Shown here: piece after piece, positions 44,468 through 59,425 of the stretch
Numbering within the stretch: position 1 is the stretch's first letter
Layout of the letters: the number at the start of each line of letters is the position of its first letter
Origin: the human T2T-CHM13v2.0 reference genome, Homo sapiens
Strand: one strand, 5' to 3'
Assembly: GCF_009914755.1 (NCBI RefSeq)
Contig: NC_060932.1
Length of the DNA: 64,000 nucleotides
Notes under the pieces: generated by a model
Databases searched by the model: none
The model's input: the letters and a program-made list of their open reading frames with translations, nothing else
What the model was told of the DNA's origin: nothing
Program-made: the position numbers and the translations under genes

Positions 44468-45999
44468 ATCACTTGAGGCCAGGAGTTTGAGACCACCCTG
44501 AGCAACATAGCAAGATCTTGTCTCCGTACTTTTTTTTTTTAAAGTATTTATCACACCTAGCACTACCCAGAACTCCTTAACATCATCTAACATCCTGTCT
44601 GAGTTCAATCTTCCCCAGTTGTCTCAAAAAATGCCTTTTAACAGTTGGTTTATTTGAATAGAATCCAAACAAGCTCCACACATTGCATCTTTCTTTCTTT
44701 CACTTTCTTTCTTTCTTTCCTTCTTTCCTCCCTTCTTTCTTTCATTTCTTTTTCCTTCTTGCTTTTTTTTTTTGCATTTCTTAAATGTTTGTTAAATCTG
44801 TAACAGCTTCCCCTCCCCAACCCACCTCTGTTTTCATGCCATGTATTTGTTGAAAAGCAAAGGCATTTGTCCTATAGTTTCCCTCACTCTAGGTTTGGCT
44901 AAATGCATCTTTATGATAGTTAACATGTTCCATTTCCCCATGTGTTTACCATAAAATGAAGAGACTCAATTGAGTCAGGTTTGGTTATTTATTTATTTGC
45001 AAGAATTCTCCATAGGCAGTTCTGGGTTGTCTCCATCATGTCACCTCAGAAGGCACATGGTGTCTGGTAGACTCAGTCTTTGAAATTCAGATTGATCAGG
45101 GGCTTCAGATGATATCAGCCTGATCCATCCATGCTGAAGTCACCATCATTGCTTGCATCCATTCCTTTATTAGGGTTTGCCCAGTCTGGTTCTAATAAGT
45201 CAACCAGACTTACTTTTACCTTTAAAGGAGAATAAACTTAAGTTCCTATTAGTTGTGATAGTTCATTTCTAGCATCAGGGTTCTTTTGCTTTATAAATTC
45301 TGTATGCCATTTTAAATGCCCTTGCTCCTGTTCAGAAACGTTCCCCCTTGGGAGAGCAACTCTGACTTCTCTCCTTCCCTGGGGCTGGTGAGCTGGAACC
45401 TCCATGTGGGGAGTCTTGCGTTACATCAAAGCTAACTCCATAGCACCACTAGCAATCCCAAGTTGATCTTGTTAGAAAATCAGATTTTTTGATTGTTTGA
45501 TTTCCCTTTTTCCTTCCATTCCTCCCTCTGTGGTTTTAGATTGATGAGACAAAGAGTATTTTCACAGAAAGTCTGAATATTTGGGTTTCTCATGTCTTGA
45601 CCCGCAGTTCAAGTTGACATTTGTTGAGTACATCCGTATGCTTGGCTCTGTGCAAAGCATGTTCTCTGTATGTTCTTGCTTGATCACCACAGCATCCTTG
45701 TGATGTAGGGTATTCTCACTAGCCCTGTTTTTCCAGTAGAAAAACTGAGATTCTGAGAGATTCAGACTCTAGAGCCCAAGCTCTTAGCCACCATGTCGCT
45801 GTTTCCCAGGCTATGCTAGGGGCTCTGTAGAGCTGTGTTTGCCTGTTTTCCAGGAATGTGTACTCTTGGTTACAGGAACCTAATTCAGAGGTCATAAGGG
45901 CTGCGGAGACAGTGAGGAGTCAGACAGGCGCACAGCACTTAAGCTCTTAATAATAAAAATGTGTTGAATGAATGAACTCAGTTGTTCTGATCCTTAATT

Positions 46000-46004
46000 T
46001 GTAT

Positions 46005-46043
<39 letters not shown>

Positions 46044-46321
46044 TTGAGACAGAGTCTCACTCTGTCGCCCAGCCTGGAGTGCGGTGGCGTGATCTCGGCT
46101 CACTGCAACCTCCGCCTCCCGGGTTTGAGTTATTCTCTTGCCTCAGCCTCCTGAGTCACTGGGACTATAGGCGTGCATCACCATGCCTGGCTAATTTTTG
46201 TATTTTTAGTAGAGACGGGGTTTCACCATGTTGGCCAAGCTGATCTTGAGCTCCTGATCTCAGGTGACACCTTGGCTTCCCAAAGTGCTGGGATTATAGG
46301 TGTGAGCCACCGCGCCTGGCT
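46000..46321 (-). mobile_element. AluS-type with (TTTA)n tail
   Basis: Reverse Alu. Confidence 0.94.
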
Positions 46322-46504
46322 GTTAATAGGTTTATTATTATTTTTTTAATGGAGATTTTTAAAAGATGTTTTCAGGGTTGTTATAAGATTCAATGAGATG
46401 CTAGCACAAAATAGGTGCTGGGTAACTGGAAGCTATCATCATATGAACAATTTTTTAAAAGCAGATAATCTCAATTATCCCTGTATTTAGCTTTGGGACT
46501 GCAT

Positions 46505-46850
46505 TACCATGGTCTGAGTGTTTGTGCCCAAATTCATATGTTAAAATCCTAGTCCCCAAGGTGATGGTATTAGGAGGTAGGGCTTTTGGGAGGTGATTCG
46601 ATCATGGTGATTGGTAATTAGAATTAGTGCTCTTAGTAAAAGATACTCCAGAGAGCTAGTTAGCCCTTTCCACTGTGTGAGGTTACAGTGAAAGGCAACT
46701 GTCTAGGAAGTGGGCCCTCACCAGACACCAAATCTGCCAGAGCCCTGATCTTGGGCTTCTCAGACTCCGAGAACTGTGAGAAACAAGTTTCCATTGTTTC
46801 TAAGCCACCCAATCTATGGTGTTTTGTTATAGCAACCCAAATGGACTAAA
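46505..46850 (+). mobile_element. MLT1A-type MaLR solo LTR
   Basis: ATGGTCTGAGTGTTTGTG...AAATTCATATGTT start; TTGTTATAGCAACCCAAATGGACTAA end. Confidence 0.85.
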
Positions 46851-47140
46851 GCTGCATTTTCTGATTTAGGCAAAGTTTCACTTTCCTAATTAGGTTTCAT
46901 CTGGGCTGGTGCCATGAAAGCCTGGTCCATGAAATTCTTGAGATGATCTGCATGTGTATTGCTCTAGCCAAAGAGCACAGTAAATGCTCTGGGCGGGCTG
47001 GTGGCAAACAAAGCTATTTAAGTCAAAGTGTCCCAAACACTTAATTATGGAACCCCCTTTTCAAGTACTACTCATTGAAGTCCTACCAAATTATTTTCTG
47101 TAGACCACCGTTGGATAATGCTGGTTGAGACAAATGTTAG

Positions 47141-47438
47141 TCTTTTTTTTTTTTTTTTGAGACGGAGTCTCACTCTGTCGCCCAGGCTAGAGAGCAGTGG
47201 CACCATCTTGGCTCACTGCAAACTCCGCCTCCCAGGTTCAATTGATGTTCGTGCCTCAGCCTCCCTAGTAGTTGGGATTATAGGTGTGCGCCATCACCCC
47301 CGGCTAATTTTTGTATTTTTAGTAGAGATGGGTTTTCACCATGTTGGCCAGGCTGGTCTTGTATGCCTGACCTCGTGATCTGCCTGCCTCAGCCTCCCAA
47401 AGTGCTGGAATTACAGTTGTAAGCCACCATGCCTGGCC
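47141..47438 (-). mobile_element. AluS-type
   Basis: Reverse full Alu. Confidence 0.93.
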
Positions 47439-47824
47439 TTATTTTTATTGTAATTTTTAAGCTTCCTATTTATGGTGAGTGACACTGGCTTTCCACTTAT
47501 AAAGTACTATAAAATTCCATTTAAATATATTTCTTTATATTAAAAAAGATGATATGATTTAAAGGAGGCCCAATGACACAGATCTTTGTGTATCAACCCA
47601 GTGATCTCCAGGACATGTTTGTTAAATGAAACAGCAAGATGTGGAGCTGTGTGTATAGTATAGGTACAAATGGAAATAAAATAAAACAATTATACATATT
47701 TACTCTTAAATCTAGAAGGACACAGCAGATGACATCAGCTGCTTCTGGGGAAAGAGACTATGTGACTTGGAGGTAGACATGGAAGGAAGATTTTTTCACT
47801 CCATACCTTTTTGTTTTGTAATTA

Positions 47825-48121
<297 letters not shown>

Positions 48122-48144
48122 TAAATTTTGAACTGAGGAAATCG

Positions 48145-48998
48145 TAGAAAGCGGAATAATGACCCTACAAAGATGTCCATGCCTTAATCCTTGGAACATG
48201 TGAATATGTTATGCCACGTGGCAGAGAGGAATTAAGGTTGCAGATGGAATTAGGGTTGCTAATCAACTGACTTTAAAATAAAGAGATTATTCTGGGTGAC
48301 CCCAGTGTACTCACAAGTGTCTTACAGATGAAAGATGGAGGCAGGAGAGACAGTGTCAGAGTCAGAGTCAGAAAGAACTGAAGATGCTACCCTTCTGGCT
48401 TTGAAGATGGAGGAAGGGGCCAACAGCCAAGAAATGCAGGCAATCTCTAGAAGCTGGAAAAGGCAGGGAAACGGATTCTCCCCTAGAGCTTTCGGAGAGA
48501 ACACAGCCTTGACTACACCTTGATTTTAGCTCAGTGAGACCTATTTCAGACTTCTGACCTCCAGAAATCTAACACAATAAAATGGTGGGTTTTTTTTTAA
48601 GTTATTATACTTTAAGTTCTGGGATACATGTGCACAACATGCAGGTTTGTTACATAGGTATGCATGTGCCATGTTGGTTTGCTGTACCTATCAACTTGTC
48701 ATTTACGTTAGGTATTTCTTCTAATGCTACCCCCCCGCCAGCCCCCAACCCCCCAATAGGCCCCGGTGTGTGATGTTCTCATTGTTCAATTCCCACCTAT
48801 GAGTGAGAACATTCAGTGTTTGATTTTCTGTCCTTGTGATAGTTTGCTGAGAATGGTGGTTTCTAGCTTCATCCATGTCCCTGCAAAGGACATGAACTCA
48901 CGCTTTTTTATGGCTGCATAGTATTCCATGGTGTATATGTGCCTAAAGTGGTATTGTTTTAAGCCACTAAGTTTGTGGTAATTTTTTGCAGCAGTATT
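48145..48998 (+). mobile_element. MLT1C/D-type LTR interrupted by L1PA
   Basis: CAAAGATGTCCATGCCTTAATCC...CTTCTGACCTCCAGAA; resumes TGTTTTAAGCCACTAAGTTTGTGGTAAT after the L1. Confidence 0.85.
48590..48943 (-). mobile_element. L1PA 3' end (5'-truncated)
   Basis: TTATTATACTTTAAGTTCTGGGATACATGTGCACAAC...TGGCTGCATAGTATTCCATGGTGTATATGTGCC. Confidence 0.92.
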
Positions 48999-49621
48999 AA
49001 GGTAGCACTTATTTTAAATACACACACATAAACCTACATACATTTACATATTTAAAATATATAGCATAATAGTTAAAAGCTTGGACTTGGATGCCAGAAT
49101 TATCTGGGTTTTAATCCTGGCTTTCCTAACTGTGCAACTTGGGCAAGTTGCTTAACCTTTTGTGTCTAAGTTTTATCATCTATAAAATGAAATACTAACA
49201 TTTATTTATTTAGCAGGTAATATCTGCATCAAAGTGTTATTGATGGTTAAATGAGTTAATATGTGTGTTTCCAACACAATATGTGCACAAAGAAAGTGTT
49301 AATAAATGTTGACTGCTACTAGGTTTAACCATCTTCTTTGATAGGTTCAGTTGCTGAGAAATAATTCCCATTTAAAATGATATAAGTGGAATAAACTAAT
49401 GTAAATTACTGTATTCAAAAACAAAACAGAAAAGAAACAAAAAAAGTGTTTCAAGAAACCATCTGCAGGTATCTTCAGAATCTGTTCTGAAGGTCTAGAG
49501 TTATTTGGTGATGTCCTAAAGTGGTGGAATAAAAGTTTCCTTGTATATTTAACCACTGCCAGTTTAAGGAAAATACTTATAGAAGCCTTTTTATTAAGCC
49601 TTTAAGTGTCTTTTCCTTTGC

Positions 49622-49924
49622 TTTCTTTCTTTTTTTTTTTTGAGATGAAGTCTCGCTCTTGTCCCCCAGGCTGGAGTACAGTGGCGTGATCTAGGCTCAA
49701 CGCAACCTCTGCCTCCTGGGTACAAGTGATTCTCCTGCTTCAGCCTCCCGAGTAGCTGGGATTACAGGCGCATGCCACCACGCCCAGCTAATTTTTGTAT
49801 TTTTAGTAGAGATGGGGTTTCACCATGTTGGCCAGGCTGGTCTCGAACTCCTAACGTCAGGTGATATGCCCGCCTTGGCCTCCCAAAATGCTGGGATTAC
49901 AGGTGTGAGCCACCGCGCCCAGCC
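49622..49924 (-). mobile_element. AluS-type
   Basis: Reverse Alu; TTAAGTGTC on both flanks. Confidence 0.95.
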
Positions 49925-50113
49925 TTAAGTGTCGTTTTCAACACATCTTCAGATGAGTTAATAGCCAAGCCTTTCAGGCAATGGAAAAAAAAAATCTTGA
50001 CTCAAAGTCTGTGGCACCAGATTTGCCCCACTTTTTGGTCCCTTAGTCTTGAGTGGGGAGTACTCCTGCACTTTCTCATAACCGTATAGCTAGGGGTTTA
50101 GATGAGCAAATAG

Positions 50114-50499
<386 letters not shown>

Positions 50500-50515
50500 T
50501 AAGAAAAAGGAAGTA

Positions 50516-50864
<349 letters not shown>

Positions 50865-51930
50865 CTAGTCAAAAGGCATTGAGCTTCTATTTGAAGCAGC
50901 AGTCCTTTGTAGACATTGCCCATCTCTTCACACAGCCAAGAAAAAAGGTCAGGTATTTAGTTGCCTGCTTGTGACATGACTGTCAATTTTATGGGCTTTA
51001 GTACTTGTCTGAAATCTTCATACCTATTCTGGTGAGTGACAGTTTCCCTGCATGCAGTGGCATTGAGGGGACACAGCTCTGGTGTAACAGCTTGACTGTG
51101 GAGACATTTACCATCCAGAGCCTCAGTCCATCCATGCCTATCCCAAGTCTTCACTTCTAGTCTATGTCATGAGTGATTAGCGAGTTGTCTGTGCAAGTTG
51201 CAAAGGTTGGCAGTGTAAAATATCTTCATTGACTTTACCCGGCTCATGGCTGACAACAGTAAAAGAATGCAAGAATTCATAGTATCACCAGATTTTCTAG
51301 TTTGCAGTGACTCATTTCACTTCATTGTGCTTTATATCAACAGCAAAGTAAATAAATTCAATTTCTGTAATTCAATGATGAAGTACTTTACAAAACAGAG
51401 ATGCCCTGTCAATCATTTAGCTTACTTTGCTGTGATCATCCCTCACCACATTTCATTGGCATCAGGACTGACAATTTGTCAATAAACTTAGCAGTTCCAG
51501 GCCTTACAATTAAATATGATCATATACATTTGGCTTCCACAGATTTTGCATTTTTATCTCCTAATGCACTGTGTTCTTGTCCTAACATGAAATTATTTTG
51601 ATAGCTTTTATGTGGAATTCTGTGTACATTTCAAACTGATGCCTGATGTTGGACAAATTTATCCCAGAATTTAGGAGCATCTCTAAAATGTGTGTCATGT
51701 GATGGCATAGTTTCACTTTCACCACCAGCTCATTGGTTATCCATATTTCAAAGACTACCACTGCGTGTGTATGTATGTGTGTGTGCTGTTTTGTTATTTT
51801 GTTTGGATCTGATACCTTTGCAACACTAGTAGGCAGTTCATAAGATTCATTAATTTGATTATCACACTTGTCCAAAAACAAATGCCTTTTTAAGTCACAA
51901 TCCCTAGGAATCCTCCCATTTCCATCATAA

Positions 51931-52204
<274 letters not shown>

Positions 52205-53641
52205 TCTGAGTAGAAGCCTAGCACCAGTGCAAAATTAAGCATTCTTACACATTGCAAACTAAAGGACTATCAACTTCCAAAAGGGATGTTTTGATTTATT
52301 ACTGAAAAGAATGCTCAATACGTACAGGAATTTAGTATTTGATAATCCATTCTAGCAAACTGCTTTTATTTTTCCATAGCATGTATAACTTTCTGACATA
52401 TTATTCTTGCTTATTTTAGTTATGTTTATGGTCTGTCACTTTTTTCTTTCCACACAAAAACATAAGTTCCACAAGATGGGGATTTTTGTCTGTTTATATT
52501 TACTGCTATATTCCAGCATGTAAAACAGGGCCTGGCACATAGTAGGTATTCAATAAATACTTGTAGAATGAAGGAATGAGTGAACTGGCCATGCAGACAC
52601 AGGGTAGGCTTCTTAATGAACCCTGTGACAGCATCAAGGGCCCAAATTCTTCTTGTCTCTCAGCTCTGCCATCCTCAGTAAGAGCTTTGTCTGCCCCCCC
52701 CCCCCGCCCACCATCCCCACTAGGGCCCTTTGTGGTTGCAAGATGGCTACCAGAGACAGTTGGCATTATCTTGTCCACATCTATGAGGAAAGAGAAGACG
52801 CTTGACTGGGTCAGCTTGGGTCTTATGCCCCAGTCAGGGCGCACAATGATAACATACATGCAGAGAATGGCTTAACTAGTCAGGACCCACACTCCCTCTG
52901 ACAGCCAAGTCGGTGCATAAGAATCAGCTTCCCCCTAGTAGGTGGTGGGCTATGCAGAGGTTGATGGATATCTGAAAGAAGGAAGGAGAGGTGGGGAAGA
53001 GGTGGTAGACAGGAACTCAACACCTTCCACTACAACACTATTGATTTTTTAAATCTCAAATAGCTAGAGGGTAAAGAGGAAAAATAAATCTTCCTCTCTT
53101 CCTTCCATCCCAGTTGGCTGCATTCTACATTCTGGTGCCTAATTCCAAGAAACCTGAGAGTTCTGAGGTTGATCCTGGCCTTCTAAAGCACTGGGAAGTC
53201 ATTGTCAAGGTAGGTAGATAAAATATATTCTGCTTAACATGTTGTGGTTTAATACTTTGTAAACACTTAGGCATAGGAAACATGAGCCTCCACTTGTACT
53301 CTTGCCCTGGGTCCTGCAAATGTTAAGGGCAGGCCAGGTGCAAAGAGTGGGTGGCACTCTCGCACTATCTGTGAGTGGACACATTTTGAAAGTAGTTGTA
53401 AAGAGGAGGTGCAAATACAGCCTGAGCAACAGAAGCATTTCCTCAGCCCACTCTGAGGCATCAGGAGAAACTTACAACACACAATGCTGTCAACTAATAA
53501 AGATCGTTTCTGGCACTTCCTCTCCTCCAGCCTTTCTCTTTACGCGTTCTCAGTTGTGCTGGATATAAAATGGGCTGGCCTTACATAAGGCCGGAGTTGC
53601 AAGGAGGTGCAATCACTACTGACTTAAGAAAATAATCTTCA

Positions 53642-53970
<329 letters not shown>

Positions 53971-54339
53971 GAATCTGACAAGATATAAGTTATCAGGAGG
54001 CATTAAAATGTAAATAAGCGTATTCTCTGATATGAACATTGTATCTTATTGATTAGATAGTGTGGGTGTTTGGTTCTATAAGTGAGTGAAATCTGTTAAA
54101 AGAAGAATCTGGAAAGCTTTCTGTTTTGTGCTTCTGAGAGAGAGCTTCTAGGGTGGTTTTCTGACTAGCATCGTACTCCCTCAAAAATGACCCTGGTTTA
54201 GACGGCCACCTGCAAGCTCAAATGGCTTCTGAACTTTGTCTCCTGCCCTGGCTGCTCTCCCAAGAGGACTTCTATGCATCCACTTGCCTAGTTAACTCCT
54301 TTTTCTGGCTCTCTAGCTAGACTCTTCATGGAGTGGTCT

Positions 54340-54760
54340 GTTTTAGCATCCTGTGGCTGCCGTAACAAATCAACACAAACTTGGTGACTTAAAACAACAG
54401 TAATTTATTCTCCTAAGGCTGAAATCAAGATGTCAGCAGGGCTGCACTGCCTCCGAAGGCTCTTGGGGTGAATGTCTCCTTGCCTTTCCCAGCCTCTGGT
54501 ATTGCAGTTGTCCTTGGCTTGTGGCAGCACAACTCCCATCTCTGCCTCCATCTTCACACAGTCGGCTCCCCTGTGTGTCTCTGTGTCTCCAGTCTCCCTC
54601 TCTGCCTTTCTCTCATAAGAACACCTGTCATTGGATTTAGGGCCCACCCTAAATCCAAGATGACCTCATCTCAAGGTCCTTAAGCTAATTAGATCTGCAA
54701 AGACCCTTTTCCCACATAACGTCACATTCACAAGTTTCTGAAGGTTAGATCTTGGACTTG
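54340..54760 (-). mobile_element. MLT1B/C-type MaLR solo LTR
   Basis: GGCTGCCGTAACAAAT, TTAAAACAACAG, TCATTGGATTTAGGGCCCACCCTAAATCCA, TCTGCAAAGACCCT. Confidence 0.85.
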
Positions 54761-55259
54761 TCTTCTCCTATCCAGCTGGACAAACTGCTGTTCAGCCCAC
54801 TGCATAGTCCATTCCCTTCTACCCAGATGGGCTCATCCTGCTGTCTCTTGTCTGGGTGGGGGCACCCACATTCCCGAAGTGGACATGGGAAGTCCCTCTA
54901 CCTCATATCCAGTCAGTCACCGAAGGCTGTCAATGAACTCCTAATTGCTCTCAAGAGCACCCTCTTTGATTTCCGCGACAACCCTCCATGGCTTTCTTTC
55001 TCCTCCTCAAGCTCCTTCCAGGGCCTTTGCATGAACTCTTCCTCCTCTCTGGAAGGTTCTGTCCCTCACGCCTCATGAGTGGGCTCACTCTCTTCAGAGT
55101 TCTCAGCTCAGCTACCACTGCCTACAAGAGGGCTTCCCTCCCTACTGGCCCTCCAGAAGCCCCGGTGACTCCACCGTGTCACTCTGTTTGTTCTTCCCCT
55201 AGTCCTTCATAACATCTGGTATCTTCCTGTTTATTTTTTTGTAGATTTGTTCTCATCTT

Positions 55260-55262
<3 letters not shown>

Positions 55263-55306
<44 letters not shown>
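55263..55306. repeat. (CA)n microsatellite
   Basis: Visible run. Confidence 0.95.
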
Positions 55307-55307
<1 letters not shown>

Positions 55308-55755
55308 CAAGCTCCATGAGGCCAGAGAGCCTCATCTAGTTTACCACCTCTGTATTGCTAGTGTCTAAATCAGACTAGCACAGAGTAAGCATTTAATACA
55401 AATCTACTGAAGAAACGATTGATGCTTTCATGACTGCCTTTATTTTCTTCGCCTGTTCAGACAAAGCTACCTTTTACCTGTCTCCGGTCACATCTGATCA
55501 CACTGGGCTTAAAAATCATGACCAGTTTCCACAAGCTCTTCCTGGCTCCTTGCCTGGGCATCCCAGGCCCTCGGTGACCTGCCCCTGTGGTGCTACCCAG
55601 CCCACCCCAGACGCTTCCTCAAGCTATCCCTCTGGTCACACCTAAGGACTCTCCCATGGCCCTTGCGCTGAGTCTTTGCACCTGGTGTCCTCTCTTCTGA
55701 TGGCTTGCTCTTCTTTCAGCTTGGGGTCTGTTTCTTCATTCAAAACCCAGTTCCT

Positions 55756-56380
<625 letters not shown>

Positions 56381-57294
56381 AAAACCCAGTCCCTATGTCA
56401 CCGACTCCAGGAAGCTTTATTTGACTTCCCTCTGCCGCCCTAGTGCCACATGCTTTTGTCATTACCCATTCACACAATCGCATCACTTGCCTTCTTCAAT
56501 GCTTTCTCTACTCAACTGTCACTCCGTGAGGCTCATCTCTGCAGCACCGGTGTCTAGCACATCATGAACACTCTGGAACCAGCACCAGTTCTACTTCCTC
56601 AGCCGGGCAGCTCTCCTGTTGGTCAGGTCCCAGACGCCCGTAGCACTGGGCAGGTTCAGCCCTGGTGTAGCACACCTCACACTCCTGGGGGCATCACCAG
56701 GCTGCTGCTTGCCCCTGGAATGCCTCCTGGCTTTGCCTCCAGGACATGTTTTCTAGAATTGCTTGTCAGCTTCTGACTTATGGAGGCTGCCTTAATTCCC
56801 TGCATTTACATGGGCTCAGGTTCCACAGTTTCCAAATGCTTGCCAGTTCCCCTGGCCCTGGTGCCAGTGGCTAGTCTTCACTTACCGGAGCGATCGCCGT
56901 GGGGTGTCCCAAAGCCAGCAAGGTGAGTTTCAAAGACTAGTGGTGAAGCAAAACAGGTTCTGAGAAGTGTTTATTCAATTTAGCAGTGATGACTTCACTA
57001 GTGATCTTGGCAGGGGAAGGGTGGGGTTCAGAGGCACGATGAGGGAGGCCAGATTGCAGTGGCTAGGATTGAGTGGCTAAGACATGGAGGCAGAGGGTTG
57101 GGGGCTCTTTAGCCATGTGAGAGTAGAAGGAACGAGAGGGCTCAAGGGGCAGCGAGGTGGAGAGAATTTTGTCGCTGGTTTTAGGCCAGAATCTTGAGCA
57201 CCCTAGCGGATGCTGTCCTTACTCTCCCGGATCCCCTTATGGTTTCTGGCATGTCAGTGACTGCCGGCTGCCAGCACCTGCAATGTTGTTGAAG

Positions 57295-57580
57295 GTGGGG
57301 TTTCTCAACCTTGGCTTTATTGACATTTGGGACAGGATAATTCTTGGTTACAACTGGCATGGAGCAGTAAGATAAGGGGGAAAAAAAAGATAATTCTTGG
57401 GCCAAAGGTGGGGGTGGAGTCTGTCTTATATATTTTAAGATGTTTAGCAGGATCCCTGGCTTCTACCCACTAGATGCTAGTAGCAGCCTCCACACACACT
57501 GAGTTATGACAACAAAAATGTCTCCAGACATTGCCAAGTGTCCCCTGGACAGCAAAATCACCCCCAGTCGAGAACTACTG
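57295..57580 (-). mobile_element. MER20
   Basis: TTCTCAACCTTGGC, TGTTTAGCAGGATCCCTGGC.TCTACCCACTAGATGC, TGTCTCCAGACATTGCCAA. Confidence 0.9.
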
Positions 57581-57599
57581 GTTTAAGGGTATGGAAGCC

Positions 57600-58420
57600 A
57601 CTTTGGCAAGCAGCTGGAGGACTGGGAGTGGCTGGGAATTAACACCCCCCCATCCCCTGCAGCCCTTCTCTGATGCCTGGAGGGTGTGGAGGAGGATGTA
57701 ATGATTAATTATATATGTCAACTTGATTGGACTAAGGGGTGCCCAGATAGCTGGTGAAACATGATTTCTGGGTGTGTCTGTGAGGGGGTTGTGAAAGAGA
57801 TTAACATTTGAATCTGCAGACTGGGTGAAGAAGCTCCACCCTCACCAGTGTGGGCAGGCACCATCCAATCCATTGAGGCCCCCAATGGAACAAATAGGCA
57901 GAGGAAAGGCAAATTAGGTCACTCTTCTGAAGCTGGGACCTCCATCTTCTCCTGCCCTCAGATGTTGGCACTCTTGATTCTCAGGCCTTTGGACTCAGAC
58001 TGAATTATGTCTCTAGCTCCCCTGGCTCTCCAGCTTGCAAATGGCAGATGGTGGGACTTCTCAGCCCCCATAATCACATAAGCCAATTCCTCTAACAATT
58101 CCCTCTCTCTCTCATATCTCCTTTTGGTCTGTTTCTCTGGGGAACACGGACTAATACAGAGGAGTACCCTGGCTCCTCACCCTTCATGGGAACACTTCTG
58201 GGAATGTGCTTGGTGTTGTTTTCCAGTTTGCTCTGCAGGATTCAGCTCCAGTAGCTCACCATAGTGCCTGGCATCTAACTGTACCTGTTCTCAGTGACTT
58301 TTCCTTCTCTGTATCACTCCCTTCCCACTCTCCCCCTGCACACCATTCTGTCCCTTACACCTATCTCCCAATAAAGGCCTTGGCTCAGAGTCTGCTCCTA
58401 GAGGAATCCAAACTAAGATA
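57600..58420 (+). mobile_element. LTR16-like ERVL LTR split by MLT2
   Basis: Ends AATAAA...GTCTGCTCCTAGAGGAATCCAAACTAAGA. Confidence 0.55.
57697..58158 (+). mobile_element. MLT2 (HERV-L) solo LTR
   Basis: TGTAATGATTAAT...TGTCAACTTGATTGG start; GACTAATACA end; 5-bp TSD GAGGA at 57692-96 and 58159-63. Confidence 0.92.
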
Positions 58421-58507
58421 AGTAGGAATGACATGTGAGGAAAGAGAAAGAAATGAATAAGGAGATGAATGGAGCAAGGAAATAGATAGCATTGAGAGTA
58501 CATGGGG

Positions 58508-58826
58508 GGCCAGGCACAGTGGCTCACGGCTATAACCCCAGCACTTTGGGAGGCTGAGGCAGGAGGATCGCTTGAGCCCAGGAATTCGAGACCAGCCTGG
58601 GCAACATGGTGAGAGCCCCATCTCTATAAAACATTTTTTAAAAATTAGCCGGGCATTGTGGTGCACACCTATGGTCCCAGATACTCAGGAGGTTAAGGTG
58701 GGAGGATCACTTGAGCCCAGGATCATCAAGGCTGCAGTGAGCTATGATCATGCCACTGTACTCCAGCCTGGGCAACAGAGTGAGACTCTGTCTCAAAACA
58801 AGAAAACAGACACAAACAAAACAAAA
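58508..58826 (+). mobile_element. AluJ-type
   Basis: TSD AGAGTACA(T/A)GGGG. Confidence 0.93.
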
Positions 58827-58962
58827 GAGTACAAGGGGAGGATAAATCTCTGAGTCCACATAGACAGGAAGAAGAAATACAAGGGAGCTGGGAGAGTCTG
58901 TTTTGAGGAGGAAGCTGGATCAAGTCACTGTGTGGCTTCAACTTCTTTAGTAAAATAGGTCA

Positions 58963-59425
<463 letters not shown>

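Larger units (their letters stand above)
43594..44525 (+). mobile_element. FLAM-type Alu monomer split by an LTR
   Basis: 5' part 43594-43655 ends GGAGGATCA; 3' part resumes ATCACTTGAGGCCAGG at 44468. Confidence 0.85.
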
